Assembly: GCA_038087875.1 (NCBI GenBank)
Contig: CM075993.1
Location: 932,001-996,000 of the forward strand
DNA from: Malacoraja senta
Taxonomy: Eukaryota
Direction: 5' to 3'
Length of the DNA: 64,000 nucleotides
Part shown: positions 37,736-50,130 of the stretch, piece by piece
Layout of the letters: every line of letters begins with the position of its first letter
Position numbering within the stretch: the first letter of the stretch is position 1
Made by a program: the position numbers and the translations under genes
The notes under the pieces: generated by a model
The model's input: only the letters and a program-made list of their open reading frames with translations
Database searches by the model: none
Told to the model about the DNA's origin: nothing

Positions 37736-39194
37736 CGAACCACACCCCACCCTCCACTGTACCCCACCTGTCACCTCCTACATTCCTTACTGTGGCTTCA
37801 CAATTCACAACTTTCTGCTCTAATCTCCCGCCTTTCTTCCAACCATCTGTCGACCAAAACCCCTGGCAGGCGTTAGCACCCTCTCATCTAGCTTTCTCTC
37901 TCCCCCCTCCCCCCAACCTTACAATGCCTGAAGAAGGATCTGGACCCAAAGCACCATCTATTCACATTCTCCACAGATGTTACCTCAACCTAAACACGTC
38001 GCATTTGGTCACAAGGAACTGCAGGTGCAAGTTTACAAACAAACAAAAAAGACCAAAAGTGCTGGAGTAACTCAGCGAGTCAGGAAGCATCTCTGGAGAA
38101 CAAGGATAGCAGCTGAACTTTTGGGTCGGGTCCCTTCAGATACAAGGCGATAGAGAAATCTCAGCCAGGGAAGAGCAGAATCTTTCCTCGGGGAGGAGGG
38201 TTTACAGAGGAGACTCAACTGCGATCCTTTTCACCGATGACAATTATCATCAAATATCTTTTCACCAATATTTCTAAGCAGTTAAATTAACTATTTTTAT
38301 TTCTTTAATTAACTTTTTCTTTTAATCAATTTCTTCAATTTTAAATCGCTATTAAAAATCGGGCTTTATCCAAATGATAATTACAAATTCTTCAAGTGCT
38401 TGACAGTTTCAATAAAACTTTCTTGGAACCGTAGATAGTACAACACAGTAACGGCCCTTCAGCCCATCTAGTTCTTGCCAAACGTCACGCTGATCATTTC
38501 TAATCCCATTCCCCATCTTCCCTATCCATGAGCCTGGTGTATGGTTCAAGCATCTCATGGCATTAATTCTGTACGGATGAAGCCAAGACACGTCAAGTGT
38601 CAGACAATGTTGGTGGGGTCAGTCTCTGGAGCTGAGGTCGCGATGGAATTAGACAGGAAATTACCGACATAAGTGTTCAGACCACAAGTGTAGCTGTGGG
38701 TGACTTTGACTCTAAAGATTGTTGAAACCAAACTGGCTTTGAGATACAGCATGGAAACTGGCCATTCGGCCCACCTCGTCCATGCCGACCGTCCATTACC
38801 TGTTCACACTAGTTCTATGCAATCCCAACTTTCCCATCCACTCGCGACAATGAACCCTCACATCTTTTGGGATGTGGGAAGAAACTGGAGCACCGGGAGG
38901 AAACCCACACGGTCAAGGGAGGACTTGCAAACTCCACACACACACAGCACCCAAGGTCAGGATGGAACCCGGTACTCTGTCAATGGGAGGCTCTGGTGCT
39001 GCAAGGACATGCGTTGCAAGACTGGAAACTGAGCAAGGAAAGGGGAATAATGTCCCGACACACAAGATGAGTAGAGTGACCAGAACAGGATAAATGCATC
39101 AAGATAGAGAGTGAAGAATCTGAAACTAAAGTCGTGAAACTGTGAATATATGCGATCTAAGTTGATTCCAATGGACTGGGGATCTTATTAAATG

Positions 39195-39284
39195 AAGGGT
39201 CTCGACCCCAAACATCACCCATTCCTTCTCTCCACAGATGCTGCCTCACACGCTGAGTTTCTCCAGCATTTTGTGTCTACCTTC
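39195..39284 (+). mobile_element. 90-bp Penelope-derived element with a 14-bp TSD (degenerate core)
   Basis: GATCTTA(T/C)TAAATG at 39181-39194 and 39285-39298. Confidence 0.75.
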
Positions 39285-39387
39285 GATCTTACTAAATGGG
39301 TTGACAGGCCAGAAAGGAGACATTATGTGAAAAGTACCGTCACAAATTATGTTATTAATGTTGGTGGGATCAAGGATATGGGGAGGA

Positions 39388-39700
39388 CGGCATTGTGGCA
39401 CAGCGGTAGAGTTGCTGCCTTACAGCGCTTACAGCACCAGAGACCTGGGTTCGATCCTGGCTACGGGTGCTGTCTGTATGGAGTTTGTACGTTCTCCCCG
39501 TGACCTGCGTGGGTTTTCTCCGAGATCTTCGGTTTCCTCCCACACTCCAAAGACGTACAGGTTTGTAGGTTAATTGGCTTGGTATGAATGTAAACATTGT
39601 CCCTAGTGTAGGATAGTGTTAATGTGTGGGCATTGCTGGTAGGTGCGGACTCAATGGGCCGAAGGGCCTGTTGCCGAGGTACATCTCTAAACTAAACTAA
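39388..39700 (+). mobile_element. HE1-like V-SINE, full length
   Basis: GTGGCACAGCGGTAGAG, GGTTCGATCC, V-domain and CTAAACTAAACTAA tail. Confidence 0.85.
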
Positions 39701-39780
39701 TAAGATGAAAGCACTGGTACACAAAAATGCTGGAGAAACTCAGCGGGTGCAGCAGCATCTATGGAGCAAAGGAAATAGGT

Positions 39781-39808
39781 AACGTTTCGGGCCGAAACCC
39801 TTCTTCAG
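39781..39808 (-). ncRNA. Minimal type I hammerhead ribozyme core
   Basis: Reverse complement CTGAAGA-A-GGGT-TTCG-GCCC-GAAA-CGTT. Confidence 0.65.
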
Positions 39809-39809
39809 T

Positions 39810-39837
39810 CTGAAGAAGGGTTTCGGCCCGAAACGTT
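39810..39837 (+). ncRNA. Minimal type I hammerhead ribozyme core
   Basis: CTGAAGA-A-GGGT-TTCG-GCCC-GAAA-CGTT, with a UUCG-capped stem II, palindromic ACGT stem III and predicted cleavage after GUU (39837). Confidence 0.65.
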
Positions 39838-40544
39838 ACCTATTTCCTTCGCTCCATAGATGCTGCTGCACCCGCTGAGTTTCTCCAGCATTTTTGTGTA
39901 CCTTCGATTTTCCAGCATCTGCAGTTCCTTCTTTAACAAGATGAAAGCACTGATGGATGACCATCTTATCGAACAGTGAGCAGGTGGAAAGCGTTGATGA
40001 CCTGCTCCTCCCACAAGCTTGTTTCTAGACTGGAGGAAAGTATGGCCTCTGAGATGAGACCTTGTAGTTTACCCTGTTCAGGAGACGTTTGTACATACTG
40101 CCAGTGATCAAATATTCCTCCTATATTCATTGGATCAGCTACCACGTTCTATCAACAGTAATCACATCTCCCATTAGTTGGAATAATTACTACTCCTTAT
40201 TAATTAAAGTAATTAATACTTCTACCAACTGGATTAATTAATGCTCTTAATATTAATTTGAATTAATCTTTGTTGCATTGAGTAATTGCCATGGTACCAG
40301 AGTGGAATTTAGATCACTGCATCTTACTGATCTAATTCTACTCCAAGTATTCACAACACCAAGATATCCTAGATATTTTTTTTACATTTCGAGATACAAG
40401 CCCTTTGGCCCACAGAGTCCACACCGACCATCGATCACCCATTCACACTAATTCTATGTATCTGTGTTTAGCATCCACTCTCTACACACTAGAGACAATT
40501 TACAGAGGCCAATTAACCTTTAATTTAGTTTCCTGAACCTGTGC

Positions 40545-40870
40545 GGATATAAGCCCTTCGGCCCAACTTGCCCACACCGGTCAACATGCCACAGCTACAC
40601 TAGTCCCACCTGCCCGCGTTTGGTCCATATCCCTCCAAACCTGTCCTATCCATGTACCAGTCTAACTGTTTCTTAAACGTTGGGATAGTCCCAGCCTCAA
40701 CTACCTCCTCTGGCAGCTTGTTCCATACACCCACCACCCTTTGTGTGAAAAGGTTACCCTTCAGATTCCTATTAAATCTTTCCCCCTTCACCTTAAATCT
40801 ATGTCCTCTGGTCCTCGATTCCCTTACTCTGGTCAAGAGACTCTGTCTACTCTGGGCAAGACTCTAGTTC
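40545..40870 (-). mobile_element. CR1 3' end
   Basis: Minus ORF ESRTRGHRFKVKGERFNRNLKGNLFTQRVVGVWNKLPEEVVEAG. Confidence 0.85.
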
Positions 40871-41369
40871 TAGACTCCTCTACCCTGGCAATGAAACGGC
40901 AACCAACCCAATCTGCTGACTGCTGAGAGATTTATCTTTCCACAACATTGAGGCAAAGGCCAACTGAGCACGAGTGGCAGATTCATTTGTTTCCTCCGGA
41001 AACTTCTCATCCCTTTTCCCATTGGACTAGCTAGCTGCAGCATTGTGGTGTTCACAATACTAATGTGTACTAACAGGCTCAGTTCGTTTGCTAACAGGCT
41101 TATGAAGCAATCCTGTATCTCCGTTAATTGGCAGGCCTCAATTTTGTCAAGGCACTTACATGCAATGTTATCAACATTAATCTCCTCACGGGTTCTGGGG
41201 CCAGATTAATCTGTGACACTGGAGTTGTCGCTGAATCACAGAATTGTTTTTGAGGCAGGAACAATCAGTCCCTTGTGTTTATGGCAGGCTTGACTCTCTT
41301 TGTTAAACTTCCAAGAACATCCTATTATGACAACAAACATTGACCAGAAACACAAATCAGGATTCCTTT

Positions 41370-41915
41370 ATCCCAGATGCTGCCTGACCTGCTGAGAATT
41401 CCCAATGTTCTTATGTGTAGGAAGGAACTGCAGATACCGATTTAAACAGAAGATAGACATAAAAAGCTGGGGTAACTCAGCGGGACAGGCAGCATCTCTG
41501 GAGAGAAGGAATGGGTGACGTTTCGGGTCGAGACCTTTCTCAGACTTCAGATGAAGGTAGTCAACCCTCATCACCTCCGTCCACCTATCAGTTGTGTAGG
41601 AAGGAACTGCAGATGCTGGTGTACACCGAAGATGGACACAAAATGCTGGAGTAACTCAGTGGGACAGACACACTCCTTCTCTCCAGAGATGCTGCCTGTC
41701 CCGCTGAGTTACTCCAGCATTTTGTGTCTATCCCCACGTTCTTAGTTTGTTGCTCACAATGATGACATAGGATGTCCACCTACTTCCTTTCTTTCCCCCC
41801 TTCCCCCCTCCCCCCACCCCCGAAGAGGGGTCTCGACCCGAAACATCGCCAATTCCTTCTCCCCATAGATGCTGCCTCACCCGCTGAGTTTCTCCAGCAG
41901 TTTTTTTGTCTACCG
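41370..41915. mobile_element. Cluster of Penelope-derived elements in both orientations
   Basis: Repeated GAACTGCAGATGCTGG...GTAACTCAGCGGGACAG units, with degenerate cores near 41517-41543 (-) and 41821-41848 (+). Confidence 0.75.
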
Positions 41916-42894
41916 TAGGATGAAATGTTGTGACTACACACTCAGTTAGTTGGTCAGGGCAAGCGTGGACAAAGTCCCTTCTAATGGTCCGATCAAATGT
42001 GGATGATCAATGCTGAGACTTTCACTGCTGCTCAAGGGATTAGTAGCCAGTGTGTTGCCTCTTTTATTTTGTAAACCACATTATAAATGGGATGGATAAC
42101 AAGCTAGAATAGACAGTGACCAATGGCAGGAGTTGTAATTGGTCATGTTTGATCACTATCTGAGGGCCATGACAATTACCTCTGCTATTTTTCATGCTGA
42201 CCAATGCTGATTAATGGCTGTTACCTTTTACAATAGATTAATGGAGGAAAACTAAAAAGAGGAGATTGTACTGATATTTGCTGAAACTGTGGTGCTTAGG
42301 TAAAGGAGGTCCATTTGTAGTTATATTTGGCACCCCTAGAATGTGCAGGTAGGTATTAACTCTTTGCTTGCTGTGGCCCACAGCAACAGTCTCAACTCTG
42401 AAATAGGTGGCTTAATTTCTGGATTGTGATGGGGTGGTATTCACCGTCACTAACATTCAGGATAGCTAGCAGAAGAACTCGAGGGGAGATGAAGGCAAGT
42501 TCATTTCTTTTGAGCAGCAACGTGATCTGGATGGGACCTGGTTTTTGCAAGGGCCATCAAAGCTGATCCAAGAGGAAATGGAACAAATACTTTAAATCGG
42601 AGCAAGACTCCAGCAGCCATTATGTTTTCTTGGAAGTTGCTTTCAAGAAATTAACGGATGCTATAACCTGCCCAGCGGATACTGTCCCAGTAATCCTCAT
42701 GTTGATACAGCCGCTAATAAACAGGCCAATAGCACACATCCTTGTGGAGGTTACTTACACCACAGCCTCAGAATAAAAGGACGTCCCTTTACCAATGGAG
42801 ATGAGGAAGAATTTCTTTAGCCAGAGGGTGGTGAATCTGTTGCCACAGATAGCTGTGCAGTCACCATTGGGTATTTTTAAAGTGGAAAATACAG

Positions 42895-43143
42895 AATAGA
42901 AACATAGAAACATAGAAAATAGGTGCAGGAGTAGGCCATTCGGCCCTTCGAGCCTGCACCGCCATTCAATATGATCATGGCTGATCATCCAACTCAGTAT
43001 CCTGTACCTGCCTTCTCTCCATACCCCCTGATCCCTTTAGCCACAAGGGCCACATCTAACTCCCTCTTAAATATAGCCAATGAACTGGCCTCAACTACCT
43101 TCTGTGGCAGAGAATTCCAGATTCACCACTCTCTGTGTGAAAA
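42895..43143 (-). mobile_element. Young CR1 3' end nested against an older CR1 fragment (42758-42890, +)
   Basis: Reverse complement of the 3790-4040 sequence, including the (TTTCTATG)n tail. Confidence 0.85.
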
Positions 43144-43469
43144 ATGAATAGGAGAGAAGCTCCTTCCCTGCTGTTATCAGACTATTGAATGGTCCTCCCA
43201 TAAGCAAGGGTGTGGTTCTGATCTTCCATCCTTCCTCATTGTTGATCTTACACTTTTTCCTGTCACTGTACCACTCTAACACTGTAACGCTATATTCTGC
43301 TTCTCGTTGAACTACCAGATGTGCTTGTCATGGGCTTGTTCAAACTCAGGTATCGTATGATTTGCCTGGATAGCATTCATCTTAGTACAGGTGACAACAA
43401 TTAGATTGGATCAGATTTGTGGTGCTGTGGTCACCACGAGGAGCGTTGTGTTCAAAGCCCAGTCCAATG

Positions 43470-43690
43470 TCATAAGGGATAGGAGTAGAATTAGGCCATT
43501 CGGCCCATCAAGTCTACTCCACCATTCAATCACGGCTGATCTATCTCTCCCTCCTAACCACATTTTCCTGCCTTCTCCCCATAATCTCTGACACCCGTAC
43601 TAATCAAGAATCTATCTATCTCTGCCTTAAACATATCCACTGACTTGGCCTCCACAGCCGTCTGTGGCAAAGGATTCCACAGATTCACCA
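43470..43690 (-). mobile_element. CR1 3' end
   Basis: Matches 25092-25250 and 10220-10430. Confidence 0.8.
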
Positions 43691-43845
43691 CGCGCTCAGT
43701 GTAGTCTCAGCCTAGACTGGTTACGAATGTCACCAAGGTTGGTTTCGTATCTCAACAAGTAGGTTGGAACCCACCCGCACGATACCCGTCACATTGCAGC
43801 TTTCCCCGTGTTCACCCACATGTACGTTGGCCGGTTAATTGGCCA

Positions 43846-44125
43846 TTTAGTTTAGTTTAGAGATACAGTGCGGAAACAGGCCCTTCGGCCCACCGAGTCC
43901 ACACCGACCAGCGATCCCCGCACACTAACACTATCCGACACACACTAGGGACAAGTTTACATTTATACCAAACCAATTAACCTACAAACCTGTACGTCTT
44001 TGGAGTGTGGGAGGAAACCGAAGATCTCGGAGAAAACCCACGCAGGTCACGGGGAGAACGTACAAAGTCAGGTTCAAACCGGGTCTCTGGCGTTGTAAGG
44101 AAGTAGCCCACCGCTATGCCACCGG
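43846..44125 (-). mobile_element. HE1-like V-SINE
   Basis: (TTTAG)n tail and V-domain reverse complement. Confidence 0.85.
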
Positions 44126-46076
44126 GCTGCCTCTTCCCTACAGGTGAGTGGTGGAGCATGTAGGGCTGAGGAGTTGTTGGGAAAGGGGGAGGGGGGGGGT
44201 AACAAAATGGAGGCAGGCAGCATAGGTTTACTGGCAATGACGGTGGCCGTGGAATTGGATGGGAGTAGGGCCATTTTCAGTGCCATGACTGTGACTGATC
44301 GCAAGGACGGTGGCAGAGCAGGAGCATAGGAGTGCTTTAATTTAAATAATGAGAGTCTGATGTACCAGAGTGGTTACTGACTGTTCCATTATAATGGGTA
44401 TCCTCAGGCAGTGCAGAGACCATGTATCAACATAAACTACTGGGACTGACACAACACAATATGAAGCCACCTCTTCTAAAGCCTAAATGGCAGATAGGAT
44501 TGTGATAATAATTCCTTAGATTGCAGTTTTTAATAAGAGAGTTAATCAGATAAAATTGAACAGTGAAAGAGAACCAGTGAGATTGCTAAAATTCCGTTAA
44601 TTATATAATAAATACTACAGAAAGTAAGAGACTTAAATTTCATTCGTAGCTAAATACATAGTCACGATTAGTAATTCATTCTGCCATTGATTATTATGTA
44701 TTAATCTGTGTGTTATGGTGTTTAATGCCCTGTAAATCTGTAGCAAGTAGGAATTCCATTCTTCTGTTCCCCTGTACACAGAACAAATAAATAACGGCTT
44801 CTCTGTAACAGCGGTGAGAATTGAAAGGAAGAGGCAAAATGTGTGTCAAGGCCATCGCTCTTCACGGAAACGTGGAAGGCAGTTCTGAAACAATTCAATG
44901 CAATAAAACAAAATGAAACTTATTCAGTCTTCCTTGTGTCAGTGCCCTCAGCACTGGCAGCTGTGATTCACTGCAGCCTCCATCTACAATGACAATTCAT
45001 CATCTCCAGCATCTAACGTACAAGGAGGAGAGGAGAATGTTTCAGTGTCATTGTGATGCCTGCTACAGAAGCAGCCACACGGTTCGAATAGACAATTACA
45101 TCAGAACAGGCAATCATCTGACAGTTCCTCCTCCTTTGCTTCGCCAGGCCAAAGGGAATGTTTTGGTATCTACTTCATCATCACCCTTAAAACTGCAGCA
45201 TCAACGTACAGGTAATCAGGTACTTAAAGCAGTTATGTATCAGTAAGTCCCCGACAGCCCCGAAGCAACGTGGTGGAAAAACAGCAGTTTGGTGAAAACA
45301 CCGAGTCAGCATAAACGTCAATAACCAAATATGAGAATTTACAGGCATTAAGGCAGATTACTGTGGTAGGCCGCAGAGACAAGAGAATACTTGCATTTAC
45401 ACAACAACCCAAATACTGCACAGGACTTTTGAAGGCTGGTTATAGGAGTATTATAGGAAACATGGCAGCCAATTTACCCGTTCCTGCTTGGTCCTGTAAA
45501 CAGCAACTCCATAAATAACAGAGACACAAGGAACTGCACATAGGGGAACCTCGAGCAACACTCTAAGTGTTGGAGGAACTCAGAGGGTCAGGCCGCCTCT
45601 GTGGAGGGAATGGACAGACAATATTTCCGTCAGGAACCTTCTTCAGACTTCAGGAGAAGATTATGAAGATCCTGACCCAATACTCCATCTATCCATTCCA
45701 TCCACAGAGTTCCTCCGGCACTTTGTGTGATCAATAACCCTTGTGAGTTCAGATCATTTATCTGGGGCTGGGGGAAGCTGAGCTTTTATATATTTGCACG
45801 GCCTTTGACTTGTGATGAAACTTTGCAGAAGAAGGCTAGATGTAGGCTGGTTATAGGAGGAGGTTGTGGGAACAGCCAGCTTGCAACTGATGATTAGCTA
45901 ACCCCAACTGTTCTCGGGCAAAGAGTGGTAGTCTGTTGAATGTCAAGATCTATGAGAAGCATCCTGATGGTGATCTGTACAAGAGACAACACACACATGG
46001 AATGGAATGACAAGGCAGAGTGAGATTCTTTGCCTGCATCACCAAGGTATACAAGCCAGTTGAAACAGGAGCCAAG

Positions 46077-46635
46077 TGGCACAGTGACACAGCGGGTAGA
46101 ACAGCTGCCTCACAGCACCAGAGACCCAGGTTCAACCCTGGCCGCGGGTGCTGTCTGTGTGGAGCTTGGACGTTCTCCCTGTGACCGCGCGGGTTTTCTC
46201 CAGGTGCTCCCCCACGTGCCAGAGACGTGCGGGTTTGTGGGTTAATCGGTCTCTGTAAAGTGTCCCCTAGTGTTTATGGAGTGGATGCAAAAGTGGAATA
46301 GCATAGAACTAGTGTGAACGGATGATTGGTGTGGACTCGCTGGGCTGAAGGGCCTGTTTGACTGAGAGGAGGAAAAACATTTTCACCCAGAGAGTTGTGA
46401 ATCTGTGGAATTCTCCGCCACAGAAGGCAGTGGAGGCCGATTCACTGGATGTTTTCAAGAGAGTTAGATTTAGCTCTTAGGGCTAACGGAATCAAGGGAT
46501 ATGGGGGGGGAAGCAGGAACAGGGTACTGATACTGGATGATTAGCCATGATCATATTGAATGACTGAAGGGCCGAATGGCCTACTCCTGTATCTATTTCC
46601 TGTGTTTCTGTTTCCATGCTGTATTTCTAAACTGA
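46077..46635 (+). mobile_element. HE1-like V-SINE split in its tail by a CR1 3' end (about 46340-46608)
   Basis: The SINE tail GAAGGGCCTGTTT at about 46328-46339 resumes as CTGTTTCCATGCTGTATTTCTAAAC near 46608, after the CR1 fragment. Confidence 0.75.
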
Positions 46636-47080
46636 AGTAATATGAACAATGAGCTGATAAATGTCAACCTGATCCTCCCAGAGAATCTGACAGGATGATT
46701 GAGGCCATTCAGTCCATTGAAAGGACAATCAGATTAGTCCCACTACTCCGCTATCCTCAAAGCCAAATATTATTTTTCTATCTATTAATCTCCTGTTTTC
46801 ACATCTCTTCCAGGCAGCGTGGCACCGACTGCAACTAGTTAAATTTAATTCATATTTAACTTTCAATTATCTGCAGAACTAGCTTAATAACGATGTTTAA
46901 ATTGATTTCGTTTTTGGTATTTATTTCAATCCTTTCAGTTATGCTTATACTTAAACTGAAAATCCAATTGTTATTAAAAAGAGGCACCAGAAAGCCAATT
47001 GCAATTGCAACCTTCACAGGGCCAAAGTCTGGGGTAGTTTAACAATGAGGTGAATCTTTAAACGGACCCTTCTGTGTACA

Positions 47081-47214
47081 ACAGGACAGAACTGCAGATG
47101 CTGGTTTAAATCGAAGATTTAGTCTGAAGAAGGGCCTCGACCCAAAAGGTCACCCATTCCTTCTCTCCAGAGATGCCGCCTGTCCGCTGAGTTACTCCAG
47201 CATTTTGTGTCTAT
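47081..47214. mobile_element. Penelope-derived element with an inverted arm and a 12-bp TSD
   Basis: CTTCTG(T/A)GTACA at 47069-47080 and 47215-47226. Degenerate core at 47124-47151. Confidence 0.75.
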
Positions 47215-47259
47215 CTTCTGAGTACAGATTTTCACTGAACCACGAAGGAGAGGATGGGG

Positions 47260-47387
47260 CACCCGTCATAGTCGCAGCAGGTGGCCGGAAATTCTCAACA
47301 TGTTGAAAATCCAGAAAAAGGTACGACTCTTTGGATGACTACTCACCACAAGTCTCCGAAAAAAATCGCGTATGTGGGACAGGCCCT
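47260..47387. mobile_element. Truncated MITE (right TIR only), AGGGCCTGTCCCAC family
   Basis: GTGGGACAGGCCCT|TCA at 47374-47390 with CpG-rich upstream sequence. Confidence 0.55.
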
Positions 47388-47599
47388 TCAGTTGAGGCAG
47401 GTATTTTAACACTTAAAAGACATTTGAAGAGGTAAATGGATAGGAAAGATTTTGAGGGATATGGACCAAATGCAGGTAAATAGGATTTGCTTAGATGGGG
47501 CATCTTGGTCAGTGAGAACAAACTGTGCTGAAGGGCCTGTTTTTGCGGTGTATCATTCTAGCAATTTCAATCTACTGCTTAAATAATTTTTACCAGCAG

Positions 47600-47823
47600 T
47601 TGTGAGTCTGTGGAATTCTCTGCCTCAGAGGGCGGTGGAGGCCGGTTCTCTGGATGCTTTCAAGAGAGAGCTAGATAGGGCTCTTGAAGATAGCGGAGTC
47701 AGGGGATATGGGGAGAAGGCAGGAACGGGGTACTGATTGGGGATGATCAGCCATGATCACATTGAATGGTGGTTCTGGCTCGAAGGGTTGAATGGCCTAC
47801 TCCTGAACCTATTGTCTATTGTC
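47600..47823 (+). mobile_element. CR1 3' end with (TATTGTC)n tail
   Basis: Nearly identical to 14170-14500 without the nested insert, so it serves as an empty-site comparator. Confidence 0.85.
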
Positions 47824-48603
47824 CTCACTCCTATCCATCTCCTTATGTGGAACAACAGGTCGATATTTTACAAACTCGTACGCATGATATAGATGTTGTT
47901 CATGTGATATTTAGTTGTCTGTTTTGACACAAGCATCAAGCTTGTTTCCATTATATTGCTTGAGGGTGAAGGAGGAACTTCACAGGCAGGTGGTGATGTG
48001 GCTACTCACCAATGCTGGGTTGTGGATGGTGGCCTCTAGAAGTTGTAGCAATCTGCTCGTCCATCCCGATCAATGATGCCACATTGAGACCCGCTCCTCC
48101 CTCAAGGCCCTTCATTCATTGGAGATAGAGCTGTAAGATGCAGCAACAATAGCCACAGATAAAAGATACAATGGTAGAATCAGAGCTTAATGGGATACCT
48201 GCAGTCACTAAACTAATATCTGCGAGCATTTATTACCCAACTATTAACTATTCACACTATTGCCAATGCTAATTGGCCGATTATGTGCATTTAAAATCCC
48301 ATTATTCACTATGCTAGACTGCTGGCTTTGATCTGGCTTAAACTGCCCTTTTGTTGCATAAATTGAACAAACTGTTCTTCCTCAACATCTTCAGAGTAAC
48401 CCTGATAAGGGTTCTGTCGCTGAAGAGCATGTGAATTGATTAGTACGGGTGGCAGAAGTTATGGGGAGAAGGCAGGAGCATTGGGTTAGGAGGGAGAGAT
48501 AGATCAGCCATGATTGAATGGTGTAGATGATGGGCCGAATGGCCTAATTCTATTACTATCACATATGATCTTATGAAGCAGCCTATCACCGTCTCAGTGT
48601 AAC

Positions 48604-48641
<38 letters not shown>

Positions 48642-49698
48642 GATCACCTGGGGAACACACAGGTGACACCAACATCTATGCAGCAACAAAGGCAAAGTCA
48701 GAGCTGAGTAGCAGAGAGTCAATGGAGAGACAAGGCCCACGGCTGGCAGGTTGGGAAGTGGGGTTCAGACCAAGACTAGGTCAGTCAGCCACAATCTTAT
48801 TGAATGGTGGGGGCCACGTGACCTGTAGCCCACCCCCATCACTTACAATACACTACGATGGAACCTTCTTTATCCCAGGTCTGCCAACAGTCTTAAAAAC
48901 ACAAGATACATGAGTGGAAGATCCAGGATTGGGGATGTGCAAAGATTGGGGAGGGGGGTTCTGTTCTTCTGTGTTGATCCACATTCATCATCTCAACCGA
49001 GTAATGAATGCTTAGAAAAGAGGGCTGTTGTGCGGAGATACTCAACGAAACGTCACTGTAAACCCTTGTCAGGAAAATACCACGACTGAAGGAAGGAACT
49101 GCAGATGCTGGTTTACACCGACGATAAACACAAAGTGCTGGAGTAACTCAGCGGGACAGGCAGCTTCTCTGGAGAGAAGGAATGCGTGATGTTTCGGGTC
49201 GAGACCCACCAGGGATAGGGACGGGTCATGACTGGCACAGCGGGCAGCATTCTTGCCCCCGACCCCTGCCTGTGAACACAATTCCTGGCCGGCACTCAAG
49301 AAACGTAGCAACTTTTGAACAAGACGTCAGACCGAGGTTCCATTCTCTCAGATGAATAAAAGGTCTAGGAGATTATCTCCAGAGCAGTAATTCTCCCTGG
49401 TGTCTGAACCAAAACTGCTCAATAAAGCAGTTATCTGCCCATTAACACACTGGTCTTTGCAGGCGCTTGTCATCAGTAAATTGCTGCAATACTGCCCTAC
49501 ATAATAGCAGTTATGTTTCGAGAAGTAGTTAAGTGTTTTTAAGAATATTAAGTGATTCAAGATGACTCAAGGTCATGAAAGGTGACATTTAACTGTAACA
49601 TGTTATTACCTTCCCGACACCACAATCACAGTTAATGGCAGGAACTCAAACTCTGCGATTTCCCCTCTGTCTGGCCAAAGCAGCTTGTCTTTGACCAG

Positions 49699-50130
49699 GT
49701 ATGCTGCCTTCCTGGTGCCAGGATCCAGGATGTCACGGACAGAGTGCAGAAAATCCTCAAGGGTGAAGGTGAACATCCGGAAGTGGTAGTGCATGTCGGC
49801 ACAAACGATGTCGGAAAGAAGGGGATGAATATTCTGCAGAGTGACTTTAGAGAGCTCGGAAAAATGCTGAAAAGCAGGACCTCCAGGGTTGTTATCTCCG
49901 GTTTGCTTCCAGTTCCTCGTGCTGGCGAGAGCAGGAACAGGGAGATACGGGACCTGAACGTGTGGCTGAGGAACTGGTGCACGGGGCAGGGATTTAGATT
50001 CTTAGATCACTGGGATCTGTTTTGGGGTAAGGGGGAACTGTACAAAAGGGACGGATTGCATCTTAACAGGTGTGGGACCAGCATTCTGGCAGGCAGGTTT
50101 GCCACTGCTACACGGGTGGTTTTAAACTGA
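49699..50130 (+). CDS. CR1 ORF1 SGNH/GDSL esterase domain (5'-truncated)
   Basis: CCLPGA...VVVHVGTND...VVISGLLPVP...DGLHLNRCG gives the SGNH GxND and DxxH blocks. Confidence 0.85.
   Translation, partial: VCCLPGARIQDVTDRVQKILKGEGEHPEVVVHVGTNDVGKKGMNILQSDFRELGKMLKSRTSRVVISGLLPVPRAGESRNREIRDLNVWLRNWCTGQGFRFLDHWDLFWGKGELYKRDGLHLNRCGTSILAGRFATATRVVLN

Larger units (their letters stand above)
39717..39937. mobile_element. Palindromic Penelope-derived element carrying two head-to-head hammerhead cores, 15-bp TSD
   Basis: Arms 39717-39808 and 39810-39901 are reverse complements with one mismatch and a 1-nt spacer. AAGATGAAAGCACTG at 39702-39716 and 39938-39952. Confidence 0.9.
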
